A stretch of DNA of 64,000 bases. It comes from Amoebidium appalachense. Its lineage: Eukaryota > Protista > Ichthyosporea. Shown one piece after another: positions 1 to 13,015 of this stretch (the first letter of the stretch is position 1; every line of letters begins with the position of its first letter). Where the stretch lies: NCBI GenBank assembly GCA_963693365.1, contig CAVNZM010000005.1, positions 4,781,167 to 4,845,166 of the forward strand. The letters run 5' to 3'. Below the pieces are notes generated by a model. The model did no database searches and was not told the DNA's origin. It saw only the letters and a list, made by a program, of their open reading frames with translations. Position numbers and translations under genes: made by a program.

Positions 1-552
1 GTCTTGCCTTGCACCGTGGTTTCCTGTTTCTTGCCTTGCCCCCTTTCTTCTCCTCTGTGTGGTCAAGTTTGGCCGGTTGTTGTTGAATATTTGTGGAACG
101 TGTGTGTATTTTCCTAGGTACCTCCCCTTCCCCCCCCCCCCCCCCCTCCCCCCCCCTCCCCCCCCCCCCCCCCCTCCCCGGCCCCATATACACATCCACG
201 GACAACCCTTCACTTGCATATACAACCACACCACGACTGTGTCTTTTTTTGTTTTAATCCAACATTTTTCGAAAGGAGAGTGTGGTGGTTGATGCATTTC
301 CTCTCATATTCAGGGGTAGGTCGTGTTGTCGTATGATGGGAGTGTGGTCTTGTTGTTTCCTCTGTTTTTTTTGACTCGCATGCTTACTCCCGTGACCTGG
401 GCTGTGCATTTGGTAGGAATATGACCCCCCCCCCCCCCCCCCCGAAATGTTTTCTTTGCAACCCTGCAACCCTGCATGGTGATATTAGTCGTGATTGTGT
501 GCTTCGTACTATGTAACAATTGCTCCCCCTCCTGCAACCCTCCCCCATTCAA

Positions 553-607
<55 letters not shown>

Positions 608-855
608 CAGAGAAAGGAAAGGCAATCCTCTCCCCTCTCCCTCTCCCCCTCTCAACACACGCACCACGCCAGTCCCCATATGGACGATGATACTCAAAGT
701 TATGGCAGCTGTTAAAATATCTTTTCATTAAGTTTGCATGGTCCCTACTGATATGCTTACTGACATCCTTGTGTTTGCATACCAGTACGTGTCCTGTGTC
801 CTGTGCCATGTGTCCCAATAGTGTAGTTGTACCTTTACCCTGTGCCGAATACCCC

Positions 856-886
<31 letters not shown>

Positions 887-1502
887 AAAAAAAGGGCGGG
901 CAAACATAAGCACACACCTACGCAAAAAAAGGCGGGCAAACATAAGCACACACCTGCGCACGCGGGTACGCACACTCACAGACACACACACACTCTCTCT
1001 CTCTCTCTCTCTCTCCGTCTCTCTCTCTCTCTCTCTCTCTCTCCCCCCCCTCCCCCAGCCCCCTACCCCGCCTCTCTCTCTCCGTCCCTCTCTCTCACTC
1101 TCTCTTCCTCCTCCTCCTCCTTCCCTACCTTCACTACCATACCCCCAATGATCTGCATATGCGCTCCCCCTTGGCCGGCCCTTTTTCGCCCCCCCTCCCC
1201 CCTCTCCTCCTTCCCGTCTTCTACACGAGTTCTTAAGTTGCTTGCAATTCCACTTGCAGTTCGAGCTCACATTCGTGCTGGCTGCCCCTTCCCATCCCAA
1301 TCCCCCTCCCCCCCCCCCCCCCCCTCCCTCTCCCCCTCCCCCTCACACGCACATGTTGGGTGAGCTAATGTTGGGGGGGAGGGGGAGGGGGGCGGGGTTT
1401 GTTGCCGAATATGGCTTCTGCACATGGCATGGCTTTTTATGTGTCTGGGACTCCAGCCCACACTGCTTTTGGATCGAGTTAAAGCTAATCCTCTTCCCCC
1501 CC

Positions 1503-1533
<31 letters not shown>

Positions 1534-1535
1534 AA

Positions 1536-1566
<31 letters not shown>

Positions 1567-1567
1567 G

Positions 1568-1672
1568 GTCGACCTTTCCCTGGCTGAAAACGAGGAGAAG
1601 AAGAAATACATGGCTGAAAAGAGTGGGTCACGTACAATTCCCAAGATTTTTGTCGATGGCGAATTTAAGGGG
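1568..1672 (+). CDS. Internal exon of a glutaredoxin/SH3BGR-like thioredoxin-fold protein
   Basis: Bounded by cacag| and |gtacgt, phase 0-0. Translates to VDLSLAENEEKKKYMAEKSGSRTIPKIFVDGEFKG, matching the Grx-fold 'G.rTvPqIFi.g..iG' motif. The other exons were not confidently located. Confidence 0.7.
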
Positions 1673-1801
1673 GTACGTTGCCGTGTCAACCCCCCCCCCC
1701 CCCCCCTCCCCCCCGGCGTTCCCCTGCAGTTCCCCAGGTCTTACTTCTCTGGGTGCTAAATGCCTTGGACGTTGCTTACACACGCACCCCCCCCGCGCAC
1801 G

Positions 1802-1850
<49 letters not shown>

Positions 1851-2013
1851 CACAGAGCGATCTTGTGTGCCCATACCCTATTCGCACCAACATCGCCAAT
1901 CTCCCCCTCCATTCATTTCTTTTTATGTTGTCATCTTTACATTTTTCGTGTAGTCTATTCATGCTTTGCCATGACATGTTCACTTTTACGTCTTGCACAC
2001 TCCTTGCTGTAAT

Positions 2014-2051
<38 letters not shown>

Positions 2052-2951
2052 CCCTCCCTTCCCCAACCCCCACGCCCCCCCGGCGCGTCCCCTCAAGCGC
2101 TGACTCCCCACATATTTGCAGTTTACTTTTGGCATGCATATTTAGCATTGCAGTTTCAGATGACGTCGGAGCTATGTGTGTTGACAGGATTCGGTGCATC
2201 TGCTCTATTGTTTTGTTCTTCTTTGAAAAAGCTTTAATACAGCCATTTGCCTGCAGACTTACTCCTTCTCGTCTTGTACAGCCTACGTCTTGTACAACTT
2301 GAAATGAGTGTGTGTGTGTCTGGTCGTCTGTGCTTTTTGGGAGAGAACTTGGTAGTAGTGTCCAGGTTTAACTCTGTGGTAACACGAACATTTTGCTCAA
2401 ACACAGGACGCTGAAGGGCTCCAATATGCGAATGAAGACGGCATGGTAAAGCAATATCTGGGCCTGGCATAAAGCTACGACGAACCGTTGTATGAACGTG
2501 CACTACCACTCAATTGATGTGCCACCACTGGTGTAATTTAAATTTTGCGCAAGAATATGAAGCAAACTACACGTGGTGTTCTTTCAAGTGATAACATTGT
2601 CAAGTTTTCCTGAATCTCAAACACAGCCCACACAAGTGCGTCTGTATAATGGTTTTGCAGATTAGCGTGCACAAGTAAAGCTGTGCGTTGTCTTGTCTCC
2701 ATGTATGTGGCTGCAATAGGGAACAGTGTTCATAACAGGTTAGTGGAAAGATAACTTCGAATATTCTTCCTTTCCTTTGTGTTGCTCTGTCAAAGTGTCA
2801 AGATTTTTTCCTTAACGGAAGGGCTTTTATTTTTCCTCCTATGAGTAAGAACCACCAACTACATTTGGCTATTATCAGCCTGAATTAAAGCAATACCTGA
2901 GTTCAAAGACAAGCAAGCAATGATACTATGGTGCTGTGAACATGGGGCAGC

Positions 2952-2994
<43 letters not shown>

Positions 2995-3061
2995 TAAAAA
3001 ATAAATTAAAAAGTTGTTTATTTTTTATTTTTTTCGGGGGGAGGGTGGGGGGGGTTTGCAG

Positions 3062-3096
<35 letters not shown>

Positions 3097-3128
3097 GGCA
3101 AAAAAGAAGAAGAAGAACAAGGGAGGGC

Positions 3129-3159
<31 letters not shown>

Positions 3160-3321
3160 GCCTCCGGAGGGGGGGGGAGGGGGGGACCCAACAAAATAAA
3201 GAGGGGCACAAAGGCATTGATGTCCGCAACACAGACACACACACACACACACACACAGGTGCTCACAGGTCGACACAGCCAGCCCATAAACGCATAGGTA
3301 TATATATATACATGTACACAT

Positions 3322-3510
3322 ATTACCCACGGCGGCGTGGCTGGGGTGATACCCTGGGCAAAGTGTGTGCAAATAGTCAGGATTGTTTAAAGGTGTGTTA
3401 GCTTAGCTAATAATACCGAAGCACCCTAGCTAGAGTACTGTCGGTGCTGGGTGGAAGACGGTAGTTCCCCCTGAGGGCCCAAGGGGTCCCTCCGGGAACA
3501 AAACGGGATA
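3322..3510 (+). ncRNA. Unassigned structured element, copy A (homologous to 34863-35038)
   Basis: Blocks CCCAC, ACC(C/G)TGGG, AAATAGT, AGTAC, GGAAGACGGTA, a hairpin and AAACGGGATA occur in the same order in a second copy. Stem GTTCCC/GGGAAC encloses an inner hairpin. Expression and class are unknown. Confidence 0.4.
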
Positions 3511-3980
3511 CTGATAAAGAATATATACACTTATATGTAAAATTTTCCCTGTTGGGGTAGATGAGTCGTCCGGGGATGATGACACCGGTATTATACTTTT
3601 GGGGGAGTCAGGGGGAATGTGTTCCGGATTCAACACCGGCTACATCAACTCTACTCTCTATATTGCAAGTTCTGCAGTCACGTGCACTGTGCACATGTGC
3701 CACGTGCACAGAGATATCACGAATGAATGAACGCACACTGTACATATGTCTGGAACCGAAATTCACTCTTAGGCTTCCCGTGCTGAATGCAAGGCCTTTT
3801 TAGTTCTTAGAATAAGAACTCAAGACATAACAAATGCCACCTATTTTAGGCCACGTGTGCATACCCGATGATATCCCAACACGTTCCACTCTTCAAAATT
3901 GGCAAGCAGGAACCGTTGAACTCGCGACGAGACTCGCGAAGAGGGCCGTGCTCGCGACGTCACTCGCAGTCGCAGATCTA

Positions 3981-4012
3981 ATTCTCGAGAATTGGATCCA
4001 ATTCTCGAGAAT
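3981..4012. repeat. Perfect 32-bp palindrome preceded by CTCGCGA repeats
   Basis: ATTCTCGAGAATTGGATCCAATTCTCGAGAAT equals its own reverse complement. CTCGCGA occurs 3 times at about 3921-3957. Confidence 0.85.
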
Positions 4013-5038
4013 CATTGTGCTTGAAGAACGGTTGAAGTTGGGGATGGCTATTATTTGGTTGTATATATGTAAAGCAATGATTCTGTTCAAGCATATTACC
4101 AAACCGTTGTCTTTTCTGGTACTATGTATGTAGATATTTTTGTTGTTTTTCGAACTACATTTATATGTACAACGCTGCACAGTGCACCCACAGAAATATA
4201 ATGACGCTGGTATTCGTGAGTTGGCATCCCTCATGACGTTTACGTCATCTTTTGCGCGGCAATAGATCTGTTCAATACTCTTTATATGGCTTCCTTATAA
4301 ACTAAATGATTGGTTTATATGCACCTTATTAGGCTATAAACGTGATCCCAGAGCATTTTATCAGCTAAAACCATTTCTATTGGTGCGCGACCATTCCCAT
4401 GAGCTATTGCAGAATAATCCAGGATGACTAAGGTGATGACGACGAGGAGTGTTATGGGTGTATGTGGTCCTCGGTGGGTTCTCTGTGGTGGTCTGTGTGC
4501 TATGTGCTCTTAATAGAGTCTCGGGTTATGTCTCAACCTGTGACCCATCTTTAATGCAAGACCTTATGTGTGCCTGTGTCCAACTGATCTCAACTGACAA
4601 CTGAGACCCGCTCAGGAGTGACGGTTATACATCTCTGGGATCAGGGCTCAGCTAGGCTACCCATATATGGTAATCATTACATCCATATCATTGGTTCATA
4701 GGGGAGGGATTCTCAACCGTGTGTGCTTCAGTCACACACAAGGAGATTATGAGAACCCGCGGACACTTGCGGAGAGCTGTCACTCGAAGGGCGCGCCACA
4801 CATAGTAGAAGCGTTTTGTTCTTCACTGAATTTATCTCCACAACTGGACACATATCGTTTCTAAGTTACATTTTATTATTCTCCCGGTAGACCGTCTACA
4901 GTGTTACAACGCCCCTCCTGAGAGCTGAGTACGGAGTCAATACAAAAAACATTCATAGAAACACCCTGTGAAAGACGTTTCTCAGAAAGGCCACACCAAT
5001 TTCCCTTGTTTGAAGGATAATAAGCACAAATATCCACC

Positions 5039-6313
5039 ATGGCGTACAGTCCATTACCTCTCGTTGCTCTCTCACTAGTAGCACCATTTTCTTGTTCTCT
5101 CGTGTCTGCTGCCAACACAACATCGGGTGCAGTGCGCGGAACAGGTGTGTGCTCACTTGCTCCCGCAAGCGGATGCGAGCAGTATTTGAATTTAGACGCC
5201 TTATTGAACAACAAGAACTACTACACAAGCAAAGACGTCATAAGCACAGCGTGCGTTATGATCCAAACCCAAGAAGCGTCAAGCGTTAAGGTTGTTCAGA
5301 GATGGGAGAATGGGATGTTGGATATGTACGTTTACCAGGCAGGTGATTATGACTGTGCTAAGGCCCCAGTTCACGTCTTCGAGGGCTTGCCAATCGTTGG
5401 TGTAGTGCGAGGGTATAACTATTATGACACGAGAGAGTGCAAGTACTACGGCCCATGCATCGAAAACCTTGTTTTTACCGCTGTCACAAAAGAGGGTCAG
5501 GCCACGGGTGAAAAATTCGTATTGCGGCCTTACACGCACATTTTCAGCGACGATGCAACGTGCGCTGTTAACGTCAACGGGAAAACGCTTAGAGCATGGA
5601 ACACACAAACCACCAACATCAGCATCACACCATCGACCTCACCAACACCCTCACCCACCTCGTCTTCTACCTCCCCACCACCCTCGTCTACTCATCCTCA
5701 AATCCCAGCGCCTGCGCCACTCGCAGACGAGCTCGGGTCAACGGGTCTCAGCAACGCACTTGGTGTTATCATTGGATTGATCCTCGGAGGGGCACTCCTT
5801 CTTTCTTGTTGCGTTGGACTGGGTGTGTGGCTGCACCACCGAAGAGAAGCGTGCCTTGCACCAGGAAGAGTCCCCCAGCATTCACAAGATGCAGAGAGTA
5901 TTGCATCTCGGATCGAGAACGTTAACGGTGGATTTTCGAGCGGAACTAGCAAAGCCCGAAAGGATGATGAGCAAGTTCCGGTGCCCCCAGGTGGCATTTG
6001 TGTTGATGTTACCCAGAGTATGGCTTCGCTTCCCTTAAATAATGGGGCTTATCGGCAACCCAGCAACACAAAGAACGTTAACAGGAACCAACACACTGCA
6101 TGCGCCGAGTGGAATCAGGTGGCTCCTCCAAACCGTCCCGTGCCAGGTCCTGGTAGAGCTAATAATAGCGGTGTGGATAATCGGATAAGCATGTTGAGTG
6201 CAAACAGTATGACAAGTAGGGACCATCACTATGAGAGGGTGTCCATGGTGGGAAACACGGCTGGGCCAGTGGTGGATGTTAATGATTACGAATCAGTGGT
6301 CTTACGACCGTGA
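5039..6313 (+). CDS. Intronless single-pass type I membrane protein, 424 aa, function unknown
   Basis: Start context ccaccATG; hydrophobic signal peptide; Cys-containing ectodomain with N-glycosylation sequons; S/T/P stalk; TM segment LGVIIGLILGGALLLSCCVGLGVWL followed by HHRR; cytoplasmic tail ending in YERV and YESV motifs. Confidence 0.8.
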   Translation: MAYSPLPLVALSLVAPFSCSLVSAANTTSGAVRGTGVCSLAPASGCEQYLNLDALLNNKNYYTSKDVISTACVMIQTQEASSVKVVQRWENGMLDMYVYQAGDYDCAKAPVHVFEGLPIVGVVRGYNYYDTRECKYYGPCIENLVFTAVTKEGQATGEKFVLRPYTHIFSDDATCAVNVNGKTLRAWNTQTTNISITPSTSPTPSPTSSSTSPPPSSTHPQIPAPAPLADELGSTGLSNALGVIIGLILGGALLLSCCVGLGVWLHHRREACLAPGRVPQHSQDAESIASRIENVNGGFSSGTSKARKDDEQVPVPPGGICVDVTQSMASLPLNNGAYRQPSNTKNVNRNQHTACAEWNQVAPPNRPVPGPGRANNSGVDNRISMLSANSMTSRDHHYERVSMVGNTAGPVVDVNDYESVVLRP

Positions 6314-6872
6314 GTGTAACTAACAGGCTTTGCGTCCGTACGGCCGCCGTAGTGATTATTTTGGCAATAGCCTAGTTAACTTATGATGAACGATTGGGAA
6401 AACGATTTTAATATTATATGTGTTGATAAACTCAACTGTAGCAAGTCGATGGCCTGCTGCATGACATAGTTGTACTACGATCATGTATAGTGCGCAGTTT
6501 TCTGCTCCTTTTTGTAGAGGACCTTTGAAGTTGTAACGCCCCTCGCCAAAATAAAAACTTGTAGTAAAATGTGAATACAGGCTGTAGCAGTTTGGAATAC
6601 TGTATCTAACGAGTCGGAAAAATTCCGACCACAACCTGAAAGTATAACTCCGCAAGATTGCTTAGAGCTGCATGTGAACATCGTGACTGTGCCTAAGTTG
6701 CCAACGGTACCGGTGCACCGGTGCCCGAGGGATAGTGCAAACTCCGGCCGCAGTCAGGCTGTCAGATTCCTTTTCACTGCGGACTTACCGACTCCGATAA
6801 CCCCTCGAGGAGGAAGAGGGAATAAATCCGCACTGGCCAATCACCGCGGCCTAACCTGAAATTCAGACTGAG

Positions 6873-7350
6873 ATGGTATGTATTTTAAAGGCGAGCTCAT
6901 CATAATGTTAACGAACGAAAATTCGCTAAGCCACGGTGGACATCGAGTCCCCCCCTCCCCCCGGCCCCGGCCCCCCCCCCCCCCCCCCCCCCTCCCCCCC
7001 CCCCCCCCCCCCTCCCCCCTCCCCCCTTCTCCCCAGGGCCTCCCACAATATTGCCCAGCTGCAGGGACCCGGCACCTTCCTCCCCCGCCGCTTCTTCACT
7101 TAGACTGCCACCCAGGGCCAAACCTCACTATTTTGAGCCTCAGGTGCATATACTGCAAGCTGCCATATCAATAACCGTGCGGCACGCCCCGTGAACCTAA
7201 CTCGGAAACCCCCTTCAAACCGGGTACACTATTGGATCCCCTGCCCCTCCCTCCCCTCCCCCCCCCTCTCCCCCCCCCCCCCCCCCCCCCCCCTGGCACC
7301 CCACCACACCGCGGCCCCACTGCAGGGCTTAAAAGCAATCCGAGTCAAAG
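6873..7350 (+). CDS. Possible ATG-only first exon (6873-6875) plus 25-nt microexon (7326-7350) of a spliced gene
   Basis: CCAAT at 6837, then ATG|gtatgt. The segment tgcag|GGCTTAAAAGCAATCCGAGTCAAAG|gtgagt gives M-GLKAIRVK and ends in phase 1. The downstream partner exon is not established. Confidence 0.3.
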
Positions 7351-7882
7351 GTGAGTGCATGCCCATGGCTGACTTGCCACCACATCCACCCACATGCATC
7401 CACCCGGTGGCACTCCGACCCAACCACACACACACACACAATCTCTCTCTCTCTCTCTCCCCCTCCCTCCCTCTCTCCAGATCCGGCCTCTCCCTCCAAG
7501 GCATCTCTCCCTCTCTCTCCTTCTCTCTCTCTCTCCCTCCCTCTCCTCTCCCTCTCACTTTCTCTCAGCCTCTCCCGCTCCCCCCCCCCCCCCTCCCCCC
7601 AAGAATGTCTCTCTTCTTTCTTTCTCTCTCTCTCTCTCTCCCCCCCCCCCCCCCCCCCCGCGACACATACACACACACATCTCGGCCACACACACACACA
7701 TACTCTCTCTCTCCCTCTCTCAGAGTCTCTCTCTCTCTCCCCCCCTCCCCCCACCCCCCCCCCCCCCCCCCCCGAGGCTCTCTCTTTCTCTCCCCACCCT
7801 CCCCTCGCCTCCCCCCCCCCCCCACCACCAGTCTAACTCTGAGGGCAATTTAATTGCCAGACGGGGGGGGGGGTGGGGGGGT

Positions 7883-7918
<36 letters not shown>

Positions 7919-8752
7919 AAGAATCAATGTATCGAGGCCCACTACCGTAGATGGTAGTCCAATCTCCCCCATATGATCCCGGATCTCAGTGTTTAACACC
8001 GCTTTGCCAATGATTTCCACAAAAATGGCACATCACACCCACCCACGGCGCATGTGCGCGTGTGCACACACACACAAACACACACAGAAACGCACACACA
8101 CGCACACACGCACACACACGACGTACACACAGTGACGCACACACACGCACGCACACACACACTGACACACACACACACACACACACTGTGGCACACCGCA
8201 CACACACACACACACCGTGTGACACGCACACACACACAAACACGCATGGGTGCGCGCACTGCTGACACCCACACTGAGGTTGCAACATTTCAAATTCAAT
8301 AGGGAGGGGGGGATGGGGGGGGGGGGGGGGGGGGGGGGGGAGAGGAAAGGATCAAATTTACCAGGTGTACGGTACCCCCTCTTTCCCACAGGCTAATATC
8401 CGAAAGATTTAAATGATTTCCACCCCGGTGACCTAACTTAATATTGCACATCATAACCCCCCCCCCCCCCCCCCCAAAGGCTTCCTCCCCTCTCCCCCCC
8501 CCCCCCCCCCCCCCCTCCCCTCTTACACACACACTGTGGCAGGCACGCACACACACACACACCGAGGGGAATGAAATATGCGCGAATGGGGTCACGTGGG
8601 GTGGGGGGGGGAGGCCGGGCAAGTAAGTACATAGAGAGTAGCTTATAATGGGGCGGGGTGCACGTACATGATTGTACGGTCCCCCGGGGTGGTACCCGCT
8701 CTGCCCCACATGATCCCTTGCGGAAAGGGCCCCCGGCCCAGAGGCTCCCCCA

Positions 8753-8789
<37 letters not shown>

Positions 8790-8805
8790 GCCTTCAGTTT
8801 GGCGC

Positions 8806-8836
<31 letters not shown>

Positions 8837-9040
8837 AGGGGGGGGGGGGGAGGTTAGAGGACTCCGGGAAGGCCCGGGAGGGAGCAGACGGTCACCAGGC
8901 TGCCGATAAGTTAGTGCCTCCGAAGGCCTTCATCCCCTCGACTAGTGCCTCTCCTTCCCCCCCTATAGCTACCCCCCCCCCACCCCATCCATTAGATTTG
9001 AACAAATCTCTCGTGGCCTCGCACTCAAAAAAAAAAAAAT

Positions 9041-9144
9041 TTTCTTTTGACTGGATTTATTCGACGGAAAGATATGCAAGTATGCACCGCATACTGAGAA
9101 GACAATAAAAACTTCACGAGTTATCCAGTAACAAGTGCATACTG
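9041..9144 (-). mobile_element. Severely 5'-truncated copy (3' end only) of the LINE at 55144-56213
   Basis: About 100 bp nearly identical to about 55147-55252 (ttcttttgactggatttattcgacggaaagat...ttatccagtaacaagtgcatactg). Flanked by CTCAn-TTT on the left and CTCAAAATTT on the right, which is TSD-like. Confidence 0.8.
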
Positions 9145-9221
9145 CTCAAAATTTAAAATTGAATCGGATGCCGCGGGCCATCAATTTGTCGGACCCCCCC
9201 CCCCCCCCCCCCCCCCCCCCA

Positions 9222-9273
<52 letters not shown>

Positions 9274-9417
9274 CCCCGGCCCCCAATACCGTATGTGACA
9301 TATACACAGACCGTACTACTGTGTCACACCGGCACTCAGGTTGACACACACACAGTCAGACACACACGCGTACGGCGCCACCGGCACACGGACACATTCT
9401 GTCATGATCACGCCGGG

Positions 9418-9522
<105 letters not shown>

Positions 9523-10314
9523 TGACACACACCTGTGACAACGTGTCACACGCAGTGTCACACACCGTGTCACTGACACACAAACATACACACACACTCA
9601 TGTGCATACACACACACACACACACACAGTGTCACATGTACACACCCCGTGACACACGGCGTCGCAGTGCCACGCACACGCGCACAGACGCACACGCACG
9701 CCATCATACACACACACGTACACGCACCGTGACACTGCACACGCACACACACACACGTGTCACACTGGCCCGCGGCCGCGTGGAATTGAATCAAGGGGGG
9801 GGGGGGGGGGGGGGGGGGGGAGGGGGGGGGGCGCAGCGGAAGCAACACTGTTTCAAAGTAGTGCCGCGGCCCGGCCCTTCCCAACACGCCAACCGGCGGC
9901 GTTCGCCTGAAACACTTGAAGTTCAGCTTCCCGGCTTGCAAAGATTGCGCATGATCGATTGAACCGGCGGCCCTCCCCCCCCCTATAGCTCCAGGACCCG
10001 CCCTCCGCTGATCCCGAGCCATCCCCCGCCGCACCACCTGTATAAGACCGTACACGTGCACACGGTGCACACGGCACTCACGTCACACACACGCATCGGT
10101 TTCACACACGTGTGCACACACACACATGTACACACTCGCACACACACACACACACACGTACTACTACTACAGTACTGTGACACACGCACACATGACATTG
10201 TATACACACACCGTGGCACACCGTGCACACCCAGTGACACACACACCGTGACATTGTCACACACACACACAGTCACACACGCACACACACACGTGACACA
10301 CACACAGTGTCACA

Positions 10315-10406
<92 letters not shown>

Positions 10407-10457
10407 TGACACACACACACACGCTTGAGAAACACATCATTACAAAATTCTAGCGCG

Positions 10458-10546
<89 letters not shown>

Positions 10547-10578
10547 CCAGCTGATACCGAGTGTCCCAGGGGAGCCCG

Positions 10579-10610
<32 letters not shown>

Positions 10611-12063
10611 GGGGAACCCCAACTAATTGATTTCTCTTAGTCTTTATGGTGTCTCGTAAAGAAAGTAAACCCTGATATACAATCATCACCCGACATCTAT
10701 GTACGTGATCATGATATACCGCTGAGGGGATATTCCGAGCAAAAACCCCCCATACCTGAGACTGGTCTCTCTTTGCCTCGAGTAAACAGCGTAAACCCCC
10801 ATATATATATGTCACCGCAACAACTTGTGGAAATAATGATTTTCTTGGACACAGATCTGCAAATGACGACTTTGATAATCATAGACCCGAGAAACCTCTA
10901 AATTGTTTTCTCATAAGTTATCACTCGGAACTCTTCCAGTGTCTCCCCACACGCTGAAGTTTAGGGGTTTCAAGCAGAACGGCGTACCGTGGCACAGTGG
11001 TCCGTCCCAGTCCGCCAGAGCGCCAGTGACCCCGCGATAAAATTCCCAGGCTGCCGCATGATCGGGCCTCGAGCTCAGCTTTAATATTATACCGTCCTGA
11101 ATTTATCTCCCTCTCCCTCCTCCCCCCCCCCCCCCCCCCCCCCCCCTTCTTCTCCTAATCCCCGGCTCTCCCCACCCTTTACCCCTCACACCCCTCCCCC
11201 CTCCCCCCTTCCCCTCCCCCCTCCCCCCCCCCCCCCCCCCCCCCCCCAACACACACACACACACACAACCCTGCTCCCTATTGCCCCGCTTCTACCACCC
11301 ACCTACCTGCTACCACAGGTGATTCTGACTTGTTAACTTTGTGAGGACTATTTCAAAAGTGGTGGTGGTGGTGGTGGTTGTAATTGGTTGGTTGGGTTGG
11401 TGGGTGGGGGGGGGGGGGGGGGGGGGGGGGGGGGAGGAGGGAGGGGATGGGGGGGATGGGGGGGGAAGGGTGGGTGGGTGGGTGGTGGTGGTGGGGGAGG
11501 AAGGGAGGGGGAGGGGGGGTTTGATGGGGGGGGGGCGGAGTTCGGCAAGTAGGGGCAAGGAAGGACCCCCTGAGAGGGTCGTACGGGAATGTAAATTAAA
11601 TATGGTCGTTGAATTTATGAACTGTGTCTTTTTTATCTTCAAAACGAAAACATTCTATATGAAGGAGTCCGAAGGAAAAATATTGGAAAAGGGACCAGCT
11701 AAAATACACATGCTGTTTACATGTAGAGGATTTAGGATTCGGTCGACTGCACATGCACGGGCAGACCTTTTCATCCACGCCCACCCACACACGCACTCAA
11801 TTTCTCGCAACAAACTATTAACTCCCGCAAACACACACACACACACACACACGTGTTTCACGATGGACCCTACTTGCACCGTTCATACTCGTCCACTCCA
11901 CTCTACACATGCGTGCACACACTCATACCCACTCGGTGTGCAAACACACACAGAGACACACTCATATCCACACACACACACACACACACACATGCACCGA
12001 CACATTTGCATTCACACACACACACACACACAACACACACACACACACATACACACACACACG

Positions 12064-12130
<67 letters not shown>

Positions 12131-12145
12131 GTGCACACGCACACA

Positions 12146-12190
<45 letters not shown>

Positions 12191-12194
12191 ATAG

Positions 12195-12902
12195 ACTACT
12201 GCGGGACTGGGCTGCACAAGTGTGAAGCCGGCACTGTGTGCAACAACAAGTTCACCAACAACCAAGCCTACGAGTGCATCATGGCCGAGAGGTTTTCGAA
12301 TTCTACGTGTGAAAGTATGTCTTTAGGCAATCCTCAATCTTTACTCATTTGCATCCACCTTGCAAATGAATACCCTTTCTCTTGGGTGACCCTCACAGTC
12401 GACTAGTTACACATATCTCCTTCATCTATCCGCTCGCATGTGTACGCCTGCTCTTGTCCCCCCCCCCCCCCCTTCCCCCCCCTCTTCCCCCCCCCCCCCC
12501 TCCTCATTTATCCCCGACATGTCTTAATGCAAGTATACCAAGACATAGGGACCTGCATGCATGCTTACCGGCAAGTCGCAAAAGCACTGTGAAATGCTGT
12601 ACTGACATACACAGAAGGAATCCCGTAAAAACCTGCTGCAATCCCTATCTGTTCCCTCTTTTGTGTTGTTTGCAACTGGCAGTCTTGTCCATCTTTTGTT
12701 TCCCGCCTTTTGGGGCAAACGTGTTTTTTTTTTCAGTCACATTCCACTGTTTGTTTGTTTTCGAGCTCTTTTATCCTTTCGCAACAACACACACTGACAT
12801 GTGCCGCACCCACCCACACACACCCACACACCGCACGGACAAACACATGGCCTTCTCCCACCCTCCTTCCCTCCCTGTCCCCCCCCTCCCGCCTCCCTCC
12901 CC

Positions 12903-12953
<51 letters not shown>

Positions 12954-12981
12954 ACCCCCCCTCCCCCTCCTCAGGGCCCCT

Positions 12982-13015
<34 letters not shown>

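Noticed and set aside
9835-10045. GC-rich coding-like segment on the minus strand between microsatellites
   Set aside because: No frame gives a recognisable motif or a clean exon.
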